Below the pieces are notes generated by a model. That model was not told the origin of the DNA and did no database searches. It saw only the letters and a program-made list of their open reading frames with translations. A stretch of DNA of 63,972 nt, filler included, from Octopus bimaculoides (lineage: Eukaryota): assembly GCF_001194135.2 (NCBI RefSeq). It is 5 parts of 5 records of this genome, joined end to end, with 100 filler letters (N's around TTAATTAATTAA, not from the genome) between each part and the next. Parts side by side here need not be neighbours in the genome. Positions count along the whole stretch, not along the records: positions 1 to 31,550 come from NC_068987.1; positions 31,651 to 47,684 come from NC_069000.1; 3 more parts are not named here. One strand, 5' to 3'. The first letter of the stretch is position 1; each line of letters begins with the position of its first letter. Position numbers and translations under genes: made by a program. Below are positions 23,982 to 34,992 of this stretch, piece after piece.

Positions 23982-26745
23982 CTGTGATAAGAGAAGATAA
24001 AACTATGAAAATACATAACAGACTGATTGATCGTTAAATGACATTTTCAACTTCCTGTCTTTACTCACTCATTATAACAGAGTTGAAATATAAATGAAAA
24101 ACATCTGATTTGGCAGAGTTTCTACAGCTGGATGCCCATCCTAACGCCAACCACTCCGAGAGGCACCCACTACACTCTCGGAGTGGTTGGTGTTAGGAAG
24201 GGCATCCAGCTGTAGAAACTCTGCCAAATCAGATTGGAGCCTGGTGTAGCCATCTGGTTCACCAGTCCTCAGTCAAATCGTCCAACCCATGCTAGCATGG
24301 AAAGCAGACAGTAAACAATGAGGATGATGATGATGCAAACAGAGAAAAACTGAGTAATATCCAATATAAAGAATCTTTCATAATTCAATCTAAGTAAACT
24401 TGCTCATTTTCTTCTCCAGCATTTAAAGTTAGCCACAAATTTACTTCAATCTCTCTCTCTATCACCCCCTGAATGTGTGTGTTTATGTGTGCCTTTTGAC
24501 AATAGGAAAGGCATCCAGCCATAGAAACCATGTGAAAACAGACAATGGAACTTGGTGTAACCCAGCAGCATGCCAGTTCTTGCCAGGTCGTCCAACCCAT
24601 GCCAGCACGGAAAGTGGACGTTAAATGATGATCATATCTTATGATATATATGCATAAGAGTGGCCGTATGGTTAAGTTTGCTTCCTAACAGTGCCCAGCA
24701 CCTTGGGAAAGTGTTTTCTACAGCGCCAGTCTGACCAAAGTCTTGTGAGTGGATTTGTCGGTGTAAAAATGAAATATGTGTTGCATGTCTGTGTACCCTT
24801 GTCTAGACATCACATGATATCTAGCACTGGAGAAATATTACCTTGCTTGCAAAAAGGGTAGGGCTGACAAGATGAAGGGAATCTGACCATAGAAAATCTG
24901 CCTCAACAAATTCTGTCCGACCCATGCATGAAAAAGTGCATGTTAAATGATGATGATGATGTGTATATCACCATCACCCTCATTACTCAACCCCTCCAGC
25001 CAATCTCGTTGCCTATGGCTACATTGGACCACTTGCACCCAGTTCATTCCACCTTCACACTCACCTCTTGTAATACTTGCCATCATCCTGTGTCACTCAG
25101 TCTACCAGCATACTCTTTTTTCTCTCACACATCCTGAGCATTGGTCATTACACTATTCCCTTGGCCACAAAGACCATCATCCACTTACTTTTTTAGTCAT
25201 ATTGTCTTGTGTGTGTGTGTGTGTGTACATACACCTATCTCAATATACTGCGTACTCTTATCTCTCCCACCATTCTTGTTCATGCATCTATTCTCCATGC
25301 TTCTCTGTAAAGAGGCTGGCAATCAAGCAAATATGTGAGGTTTCTTTAGTTGTGTTGAAGACATGGCTACCTCTTTAGAATAAAAAGAGCACCTCATATG
25401 CTCTGTAAAGTAGTTGATATTAGGAAGGACACCAAGTGAAAGAAAACAAGCTGTGAATGAAATATGAGTGAGATGAGGTATCCCAACACATCTAGGTGAA
25501 CAGCACACTTCCCAGGTCGTGCTAACTTAGCATGTGCTTGGCAACCCATCTAACCCATGTCAGCGTGGAAAGTGGGCACTGAACAATGGTGATGCATACA
25601 TATGTATGGTGTATATGTGTATGTGCAAATACAGATATGTGCAAACACACACACACACAGATATTTCATATATGCACACAAAACTGAGGAACAATATAAA
25701 TTGTATTAATAGGAATGATGTAATGTTAGAGATTAAGTTAACAATTTGGGTTTTATTCTGCCAATTTGTTAGTTTTACCAAAAGCAAGCAAAATTTCCTA
25801 GATACTAGATGCATGCATACATGTATTTGTGTGTATATATTGAATTTTTCTTAATAAAGTTTAATAATACTTTTGTTCTTTTGTTTTAATTGCTGATGAC
25901 TCTAAAATTAGTTGCCTTTTCTAAACTGTTAAGTGAAGTAGCTCACTTACAAATGCGCATATGTTATTAAATTAAACTGTTAGTAGCAAAAATATTTATT
26001 AAAAAATTCGAGTAGCTTTAAAAAACCAGTTAAAAGAAATGACTTTTTCACACGTAGGGATGAGAAGAAAACACAAGAAAATTTCAGATGTTTCTACAGA
26101 TTGTTAATAAAAACAAAACAAAAACAAAATCAGATTCTTTAATAAATAAAACATTTAAAATAGAAAGCCAGCCAAAAAAAGATATATGCTTTGATAATGC
26201 AATGATTATCTGACAAAGTGATTTGGTTATTTTGTTCTATTATGTAATATATTAATAAGCAAATAAATAACCATACAATGGAAACATATGTAACATCATA
26301 AAATATAGGTTCCATTGGTATGCATTTTACTCTGCAACAAGTATACAACATCTTGTTACACACATTGGATTTACAGAATGCTTAATATCATGAATTAATC
26401 AGTTAATATTTCATTAATTGTATTATCAATTGGTTGATTGATAGGTAGTATTGTTGGTATTCCTTTAGAATACACTGACAACCAAAATACTTGCAAGAAG
26501 AGCTACTGAGTTAATTGCTTAGATCATAAAGATCCCTACTATTTATATATACATGAGGTGTTTTTGAAATGTTGATAAATACCCCAACAATGTTTACATT
26601 AAGCTTTCTAAAAAAAAAATTACTGAGCAGTTTGAATGTTTTTATAAAGCAGGAAGATTGATAAAGAAGAATGTGGAGGAGGGGGGGAAGGTTTGAAGAA
26701 AAAAAAGGGGTTAAAAGAAAGAAAAGAGTTTAAAAGTAATCTTAC

Positions 26746-26994
26746 TCTGTGTGTTGTTTTGTTGAGACACCTTTCCTGAAGTTGGATCATGTACTATAGG
26801 CATAGGTACCGGAGACAACACTGCAGTTGCTGTTATATTAGAAGGAAGGTGGTGATGGTGATGGTGATGTTCTGTGTGAGGAATTACTCCATTGGGGTGC
26901 AAAATTGCTCCTGCTGCTATTGGACGGCTCTGATAGAAAGTGCCATCAAGAGGGTATAGTGTCGGTGTTATAGTTAAATAAGGCATCTCCATAC
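26746..26994 (-). CDS. Penultimate coding exon of an unidentified gene (Pro/His-rich low-complexity region with His7 run)
   Basis: Acceptor gtttccgattgctgtag|GT, donor CAGA|gtaaga, 249 nt (phase 1-1), open frame: GMEMPYLTITPTLYPLDGTFYQSRPIAAGAILHPNGVIPHTEHHHHHHHLPSNITATAVLSPVPMPIVHDPTSGKVSQQNNTQ. It lies within ORF-track entry 26711..27016. Confidence 0.75.
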
Positions 26995-27139
26995 CTACAG
27001 CAATCGGAAACAGCAATCTATTTTAAATCTTGCAATTGATCAATACACTTGCTAGACTATTTCTTTTGTATGCAATAAATCGGAGAATTCTCTGATCAGA
27101 AAAGGTTTTCTATTAATTTTAAACTATATTCTCATCAAG

Positions 27140-27310
27140 ACACAGGCATGGCTGTATGGGTACAGAGTTCACTCTGTTATTATAAGGTCTATAGTTCAGT
27201 CCTTCTGCATGGCACCTTGGCCAAGTGTTTTCTACTGTAGTTTCAGGTCAATCAATGTCATGTAAGTGAAATTGGCAGACAGAAACTGTATGGTAGTCTG
27301 TAGTGTATAC
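27140..27310 (+). mobile_element. tRNA-derived SINE family D (...gcaccttggccaagtgttttctactgtag...gacagaaactg)
   Basis: Copies at about 24655-24780, 33905-34060(-), 38015-38160(-), 39605-39700, 57585-57700 and 63880-63935. Confidence 0.7.
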
Positions 27311-27314
27311 ATAT

Positions 27315-27352
<38 letters not shown>

Positions 27353-28131
27353 CTCAAAAGTAACTGAGGTTTGAGTTAATTAGTGAACTCTTGTTTGAAA
27401 CTGAATATCTTTCACATGATTTGCTGTTTATGTGCAGGTTTGTGTATTCATATGTATGAACTGAAACAATAGGGAGAAGAACATTGTGAGTGCTTTGGTC
27501 TGAGACATGCCAAAGTGTCAGCATTGGATTTGAACTCGCATAGTTCACTTTGAAAACAATAACCAGTAAGGTCAAAATTTATTACTTCAGAATATTAAGT
27601 GTTACAAATTTCACGTTGGTGTTGTCATCACTGTTGCTAATTAGTATCATCATTATGTTTTGACTTCTAAGTTTGTCTCCATACAGCATCACGTCATCTG
27701 TAAAGTCTAAAATTTCTAAAATGTAACCTCAGCTTCATCCCATACCTTCATTATATCTAATAACGATAACTTTGTTTTGATTGGCATTTTAAAAATAAAC
27801 AAAATAAAAAATATCAGAAACAAACAAAACGAAAAAGTAACAGGGTTATATTAACGAACAACAAAGATGGTTAACAACAAAACAACATGAACAGGTTCAA
27901 TATTAACAGTATTAGTGAATAAACTAAGAGAAATGGCAATTGTTGAGCTCTGTCCAAGTGAAAGCTGAACAGACTGTCACACTATATCCCATATGATTCA
28001 TGACTGTATGTTGGAGTGTGTAGTATGGTTCTTAAGCCAAGCAAAGGCAGGTAGGTCTTGTCCAGTCATTTGGGTGACAACCTGAATGTATCTGAATGAC
28101 TGAGGATGGACACTCAGATTATCTCAAATAC

Positions 28132-28163
28132 CTGACATCTGCTTCTTTACAACTGACTTGAGG
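28132..28163 (-). CDS. Possible 32-nt upstream exon of the His-rich gene (LKSVVKKQMS-G)
   Basis: Acceptor ttgttcttgctttcaatgtgcag, donor CAG|gtattt. It ends in phase 1, compatible with exon 26746-26994, but is short enough to be chance. Confidence 0.3.
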
Positions 28164-31104
28164 CTGCACATTGAAAGCAAGAACAAGTGCTGCCTCAAAA
28201 AACATTAACAAACAAAACAACAAAAGCAGCAAAATGCTAACATTATACATAGAATACCTGCAAAATTTTTTACAAGTTTTACATATTTCAAAACACATTT
28301 ATACTTCAGATAATATGCAAATCCAGAGTATATTGGAAGAAGGTGGGCATTTATTTAGCTTTCTCTGTAAGAATATTTCTTAATACAACAATATTTAAGG
28401 CAGCAAGCTGGCAGAATCATTAGCATGCTGGGCAAAATGCTTTGCAGCATTTCACCGTCTTTATGTTCTGAGTTCAAATTCCACCAAGGTCGACTTTGTC
28501 TTTCATCCTTCCAGGATCAATAAAATAAGTACTAACTGTGAGCACTGGTTTCATCATTTATTGCAAGCCCACTCATCATTATGGAGTAAAAAAATTTCCT
28601 TGTAACTTAATAAGAAAAATGTCTACTTAATCTTTTTCCTGCAGCCTAAATCAGAACCAGCATTTAATCTCTATGGCAGAGGTTACCAACAGGAACTGTA
28701 ACCTATAAGTGGTTTATTGAAGTGTTTATTGGACCTCAGACCTTTTCTAAAAAAGATTTCCAATTTAATATATTTGTGGGCCACTGAGTAGCTTTTAAAT
28801 AGTATTTTGTATCATAATTTCTTTAATTTTTGCTTACATAAACATTTCTAGTGACAGAAATGAGGTGAAGATTAAATGGGATATTTTTAAATGCATGTTG
28901 TGATATAGTATGCATAGGGACCATGGGCAAATGAAAGGGGAACAAAAACCCTCTCCAAAAGTGGGCCATTACAAAAAGAAAGTTGGTCCCTGTTCTATGG
29001 GAAAAGTGATCAAAAATATTTAAAAGCTCTTATTTGAGGCTGACTGTAAGAGTAGTCCTCCATGCCACCCATTCATTCTTTTGTGGGTCCCCATAGAATC
29101 TTGAGATTAACACTAGACTGCAGATCATTTGTAAATTATATATTGCTTCTGCACTCTTTACAGCAGTGAACTATGCTTATATATAGTGCCAGTTAGAGTT
29201 TAAGTGACTTGGTTGTGAATATAGTACAGTTTCTTCAACATGACATAAACACTGACTCATTTGCTATAGATGTTGGTAGTAAGTCTCATTTTCAGATATG
29301 TACAAATTCATATATATTATATTTAATAAATATACGTTTGAACATAAAACCCATACATATGTTTAAGTGACCTAAAATTTATAACTATTAATCATTGCTA
29401 TCTGCAAGTATGCATACATGTCAACATTCAATATAATAGTAATATACCAATAAAAATAAAATACACCAAAAGAAATAAAAATATCTTTCCGATAATGTAA
29501 ACATTAACAATGGTAGCATTAGCATTCAACGGGTAATAAATTAATATGAACACATTAGCTATAGAAAAACACTGCGACTTTCAGTTATTTTCTTCCATAG
29601 AAAAAGAACTATGTAGGATACAGATAGGAGAAGGGAATCTCTATGTGGTCATTCAGCCTGCAAGAAATAGCAACTAAATCTCCCTCAAATTACAGGAAAA
29701 AAGAATGTATTTGATAATGTGGTTCATTATGCTAAGGAAACAGATAAAATGGCCTTGGCTGGAAAATTTAGAAATAGCAACTTAATTTCCCCCAAATTGC
29801 AGAAAAGAAGAACACGTTGGATAATGTAGTCCAGGGACAACTAATACTTTTTGAGTAAATTTGGTAGATGGAAACTGTGTGGAAGCACATAGTGAGGAGG
29901 ATGTCTTGGATCAACACTGTCATTACATTTGATGGGCTATCATATGCGTGTATATGTATGTATGTGTGTGTGTGCACTTGTGTTTGTTCCCCCTTTCCAC
30001 CACTTGACAACTAGTGCAGGTTTGTTTGTGTCCCCAAAAGAGGCCAACAGAATAAGTACAGAACTTAAAAAAGAAACAAGTACTGAGGTCCATTCGTTTG
30101 GCTAGACCCTTCAAGATAGAGCTGCAGCATGGCAGCAGTCCAAAGGCTAAAACAAGTAAAAGATTGCCACTTGTCAACGTTTATCAATTCACATTTGCTT
30201 TCCAAGCTGACATAGGTTGGAAGGGACATCACAGTCTGAGTTGTATTTTATTTGGGAGTTACTGTTCTCCTAGACAGTTTGAAGGACACTGTCTCATTCA
30301 TGTGCTTCGATCTTTTTTTTTTCTTTTTTTTTTTCTGGCATTGCTTCTATGGTTGAATACCCAAACACCAACCATTTCACAAGAGTGTACTAAATGACTG
30401 CTTAGTTTAAAACACAAAATGAATGACAACTGAACTTGTAATCTACAACTACCACCACGCCTAATTTTGTCCAATGGTTAGCTATAGAATATAGAATGTG
30501 TTGAGATAAATTAATAGTAATAATAATAATAATAGCACTAAGACAGGACATGTGTGATACAGTAATTTCAGTTACCAAGTAAACTGATAACCTAGTTAGT
30601 GTATTTATTTATCTAATCTTTATAGTAAATTCAATGTCTATAGTCTACTAACGAGAACCTTGATTAGCAAAGTAACCTTTGTTATAATGATTCATAACAA
30701 CTTGATTTACACACTATGACTTAATCTGTATACAAGTCACACTTGACTGGTTGAAGAAAAATCTTTTGTTTTTCCCTTAATCCAACAAGCTTCAACAGTC
30801 CAGAGGAGAAATGAAGAGAATTTAATTATTTATTAATTTCTTATTAGGCTATGAGGCTGTAATGTGCCTCAGTAGATCCATATACTAGTGCACAGCCTAT
30901 CAGCCAGAGACATAGGCAGGTACAACAGTAAGCACAAGGTATATTTTTAACATAATATATAATCTAATTGTTACCTTATCGACACCTCAGAAGAAGTAAT
31001 AAAGTTCAAGTTAAACAATAAGTGATTAATAATAGAAGAATGTATGTTACTGTTCCTAATGTAAGGATGGTACGTGGTCAAGGAAAACATCAGGATCAGC
31101 AAAT

Positions 31105-31245
31105 TTTGACTTTACACTACATTCTTGATCTCATTATCAATAAGCTGTCCTAGCTTTCGCTTGAAAGTATTCACATTTTGTGTGGCTTTGATATCATCAG
31201 GCAAACCATTGTATGTAGAACATGCAGCAAAATCTAACATTATTT
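31105..31245 (-). mobile_element. Degenerate L2/CR1-type LINE ORF2 C-terminal fragment
   Basis: Translation YNGLPDDIKATQNVNTFKRKL resembles the WNSLP...FKRKLK motif at LINE ORF2 ends. Confidence 0.45.
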
Positions 31246-31595
31246 ATTTATTTATTTATCAGGAAAGTGAGTATAAGATAATCCAAATATCCAGTCTTTG
31301 GTGTTTGGCTTGCCTTATCCTTTATCTTTCATCTTTTACTTGTTTCAGTCATTAAACTGCACCCATGCTGGGATACTGCCTAAAAGAATTTTTAATTGAA
31401 TGAACTGACCCCGATACTTTTTTTTTTAAAGCCTGGTACTTATTCTATTGATCTCTTTTGCCGAACCACTAAACACACCAACACCAGTTGTCAAACAGTG
31501 ATGGGCAACAGAGACACAAAGATACATGCATATATATATTATATATATATNNNNNNNNNNNNNNNNNNNNNNNNNNNNNNNNNNNNNNNNNNNNT

Positions 31596-31607
31596 TAATT
31601 AATTAAN
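31596..31607. other. Artificial six-frame stop linker TTAATTAATTAA inside N gaps (also 47729-47740, 55703-55714, 60189-60200)
   Basis: The identical 12-mer is centred in four separate N runs. Confidence 0.9.
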
Positions 31608-31744
31608 NNNNNNNNNNNNNNNNNNNNNNNNNNNNNNNNNNNNNNNNNNNTATATATATATATATATATATATGTATATAAATATATATCTATATATATA
31701 TCTACCTATATATATATGTATATATATATATACCTACTTACATA

Positions 31745-32273
31745 TGTATATATGTAACTTTTTTGATGAATGAGTATATGTCAATTAGTGCGTTGAGTAA
31801 AGCATGTTCGTTTGGACGACTGGTATCGCACAATATTACCGTAGGGCTCTTAATGAACCACCGTTGGTTCAAGACGAAAAGTATTCTTCCATCAGGATAA
31901 TGGTCGGCCACATACAGCGAGGATGACATTCGAAAGGCTGGAGCAGTTTGAATGGGAAACGAAGCCGCACCCAACGTATTCGGCGGACATTTCCCTATCT
32001 GATTATCAGTTATTCGGCAGTCTTCAAAGTCATTTGGATGGAGAAAATATGAATTTTGTAGACGATCTCAGAACAGTAGTCAAGGAATATTTTTCGTCAC
32101 GGACAAGTGAATTTTAGAAGATGTGGCCTTGCAAGTTTGGTATATAGATAGAAGTGTATTGTAGAAAATGAAGGAGAGTAGATTGTAGATGCAAAAAAGA
32201 ACTTTGCGTATCTTAATTTTGAAAAGTAAAAGAAATATGAAAAAAAACGCATTATTTATGGAAGGACCCAATA
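31745..32273 (+). pseudogene. Mariner (DD34D) transposase 3' remnant with right TIR
   Basis: Translation FHQDNGRPHTARMTFERLEQFEWETKPHPTYSADISLSDYQLFGSLQ has 34 residues between the last two catalytic Asp. It ends ...tttatggaaggacccaaTA. Confidence 0.85.
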
Positions 32274-32584
32274 TATCAGGTCATTAAGAATGAAATATCC
32301 GATTTTGAACTGAAAGTTTATTTCATTTTTTCTGAACAAAGAGCAATGCAGTTAATCAAAGTATGCGCCTAAATTATCAACACAATTTTGCCATTTTATC
32401 AGTAGCGAAGAATTCTAGAGCAAAAGGTAATGAAATTACGAAAGGGTGTCTTAGTATCTTCTTCAAATTTTAATGTTTTCTTTGCAAAATTTTGTATAAT
32501 GCCTGAAAAACGTGGTAGTCACTTGCTGCAAGGTCTCGTGAATATGGTGGCTGACAGAGTACTTCCAAATTCATTTCCTGTAAG
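32274..32584 (-). pseudogene. Second mariner transposase 3' remnant, tail-to-tail with the first
   Basis: The minus strand reads LQEMNLEVLCQPPYSRDLAASDYHVFQAL, then a TIR-like end atttcattcttaatgacctgata. It is truncated by an N gap. Confidence 0.8.
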
Positions 32585-32943
32585 NNNNNNNNNNNNNNNN
32601 NNNNNNNNNNNNNNNNNNNNNNNNNNNNNNNNNNNNNNNNNNNNNNNNNNNNNNNNNNNNNNNNNNNNNNNNNNNNNNNNNNNNNNNNNNNNNNNNNNNN
32701 NNNNNNNNNNNNNNNNNNNNNNNNNNNNNNNNNNNNNNNNNNNNNNNNNNNNNNNNNNNNNNNNNNNNNNNNNNNNNNNNNNNNNNNNNNNNNNNNNNNN
32801 NNNNNNNNNNNNNNNNNNNNNNNNNNNNNNNNNNNNNNNNNNNNNNNNNNNNNNNNNNNNNNNNNNNNNNNNNNNNNNNNNNNNNNNNNNNNNNNNNNNN
32901 NNNNNNNNNNNNNNNNNNNNNNNNNNNNNNNNNNNNNNNNNNN

Positions 32944-33130
32944 NGTTTACCAAAATTATATTAAAATATCATGAATCTCCAGCAACTCATTTCGACAGTC
33001 ATTGTTGCCATAATCCTTGACTTCAGTCCATCTTTGTTGTTACAAAAAGTTTTATTAATCTCTTGCTCAACTGCGCCCCACACGTAATAATTAAGGGTGT
33101 TGCAGTCTGTGGAGTTAGCTGGCCACACAC
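32944..33130 (-). pseudogene. maT (DD37D)-like transposase C-terminal fragment
   Basis: The minus strand reads VWPANSTDCNTLNYYVWGAVEQEINKTFCNNKDGLKSRIMA. Confidence 0.7.
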
Positions 33131-33189
33131 TTGAAACTCAAAGTGCCAAGGAGTCTCGATCAAACTGGTTATATATATATATATATATA

Positions 33190-33695
33190 TATACATTGTG
33201 CAACGTCTCCATTTTACATTTCAGTCTCGCGCATGTGCCTTGTTTGTTTTTGATTTTGTCGACTACACAGTATAGTATGGCCCGTTGGGCAGCGTCCGCG
33301 AGACTAACCGGCACCATGACACAATCTCAGAGTGTTTGGGTGTCAGTCTGAGGACAGTGCAATCTAGGGACGTATACTGAGAGTGATAAAAATCAAACGT
33401 CCAGTCAACTTCATGGTGTTTGGAGTGATCGATAGTGACAGCGAACTTATGCCTCCCTTCATCTTCCCACACGGCATCAAAGTCAACATGGAGGCCTACA
33501 TCAAGTTCCTGGAAGAGATAGTGATGCCCTGGATCAAAAGGGTGGCTGCTGGAAGGTCCTATATCTGGCAACAGGAATCTGCACAATGCCACACCTGCAG
33601 CAGAACCCAGTCATAGCTGTCAGAATTTCTGTGACCACACAACCCCTAACATCTGGCCACCTAACTCACCAGACAGCAACACCCTTCATTATTAT
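33190..33695 (+). pseudogene. maT (DD37D)-like transposase internal remnant
   Basis: KRPVNFMVFGVIDSDSELMPPFIFPHGIKVNMEAYIKFLEEIVMPWIKRVAAGRSYIWQQESAQCHT...WPPNSPD matches maT-family motifs (QQDSAPCH, WPPNSPDxNPLDY). It is frameshifted. Confidence 0.8.
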
Positions 33696-33863
33696 GGCGG
33701 GGGGGGGGGCGCAGTTAACCGACAGACCAACAAAATTCCTTGTAATACCAAAGAGAGATGCTAGTTCTAAAATTTCTCAGTGTAGCAGTTGTAATGACAA
33801 GTATTGTACGTAGCCACTTCAACATAGCTGTCCATTCGAACATACTCTACATACATACATACA

Positions 33864-33895
<32 letters not shown>

Positions 33896-34087
33896 CATAT
33901 ATACGGCGGTCGTCTTTGATTTTCCGTCTACCAAATCCACTCACAAGGGTTCGGTCGGTACGAAGCTATAGAAGAAGACACTTGCTCAAGGTGCCACGCA
34001 CTGGGACTGAAACACGGAACCCTGTGGTTCGTAAGCAAGCTACTTACTGCACGCCTACAATACATATATATATGTATATATATCTTA

Positions 34088-34125
<38 letters not shown>

Positions 34126-34814
34126 ACAGATAGAGGGACAGATAGAGGGACAGAAATATGTTGGGGAAGTAATATTTCACTGAAATAAATAAATTCAAAA
34201 TACGGCGCAAGATTAGCTTTGACATTAAATAAGTAGTTATGTCTTCTGTTCGTGAAGCTGTATCCGTTTAAATATTTACAGGCGCCAGAATATTCTTATC
34301 TAAGCGTCTATCGTCGCATTTATTGCAGAGCGGTAATTCATCAAACAGAGGATATTTTCAGACAAAACATAACCAAATAAAAAATGCATTTATGAAAATT
34401 AAATTCAAAATATATTAAGACTAAACATTTAGTTTTCACTCGAATTACAGCCCACCGACAGTTATGCATTGTTTTACTACACTTTTATAGGTTTATAATA
34501 TTCAACAGATACGACAAATATGAAATCGTGCATATAAGCAGAAAAACACACACACAGACTGAGAGAGNNNNNNNNNNNNNNNNNNNNNNNNNNNNNNNNN
34601 NNNNNNNNNNNNNNNNNNNNNNNNNNNNNNNNNNNNNNNNNNNNNNNNNNNNNTATATATATATATATAAAGTTACGGTGTATTCTGTTAACAACGTAGT
34701 AGGGTAGAGTATAAAGTTCGTCCACCTTCATATTTACCCTGTACTATTCAGTAGTGGTATTATATGTACTTTCAGGCTTGCCTTTGGGTATCTGTCGTGT
34801 GCGAACGCGTATAT

Positions 34815-34992
34815 GAAAAAATTGGAGTCAACAAGATGGAGTACGATTGGACAGTTATTTTCTAATCACTACAATTGTTTCCACCCAACGTACTTATTAG
34901 CACTCCTTGGGAACTACGTTGCGTTGAAACAATTGCAGTGATTCAAAAATAGATGTCTAACCGAACCCCTTCTTGTTGACTCCAAATTTTTC
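34815..34992. repeat. Foldback (palindromic) MITE-like element
   Basis: About 78-bp imperfect arms (gaaaaaattggagtcaacaaga...ccacccaacgta / tacgttgcgtt...tcttgttgactccaaatttttc) with a 22-nt spacer. Confidence 0.8.

Noticed and set aside
27590-27720. LEILDFTDDVMLY, resembling a reverse transcriptase FADD motif
   Set aside because: Similarity is limited to about 12 residues. I cannot distinguish a LINE fossil from chance or an exon, so no call was made.
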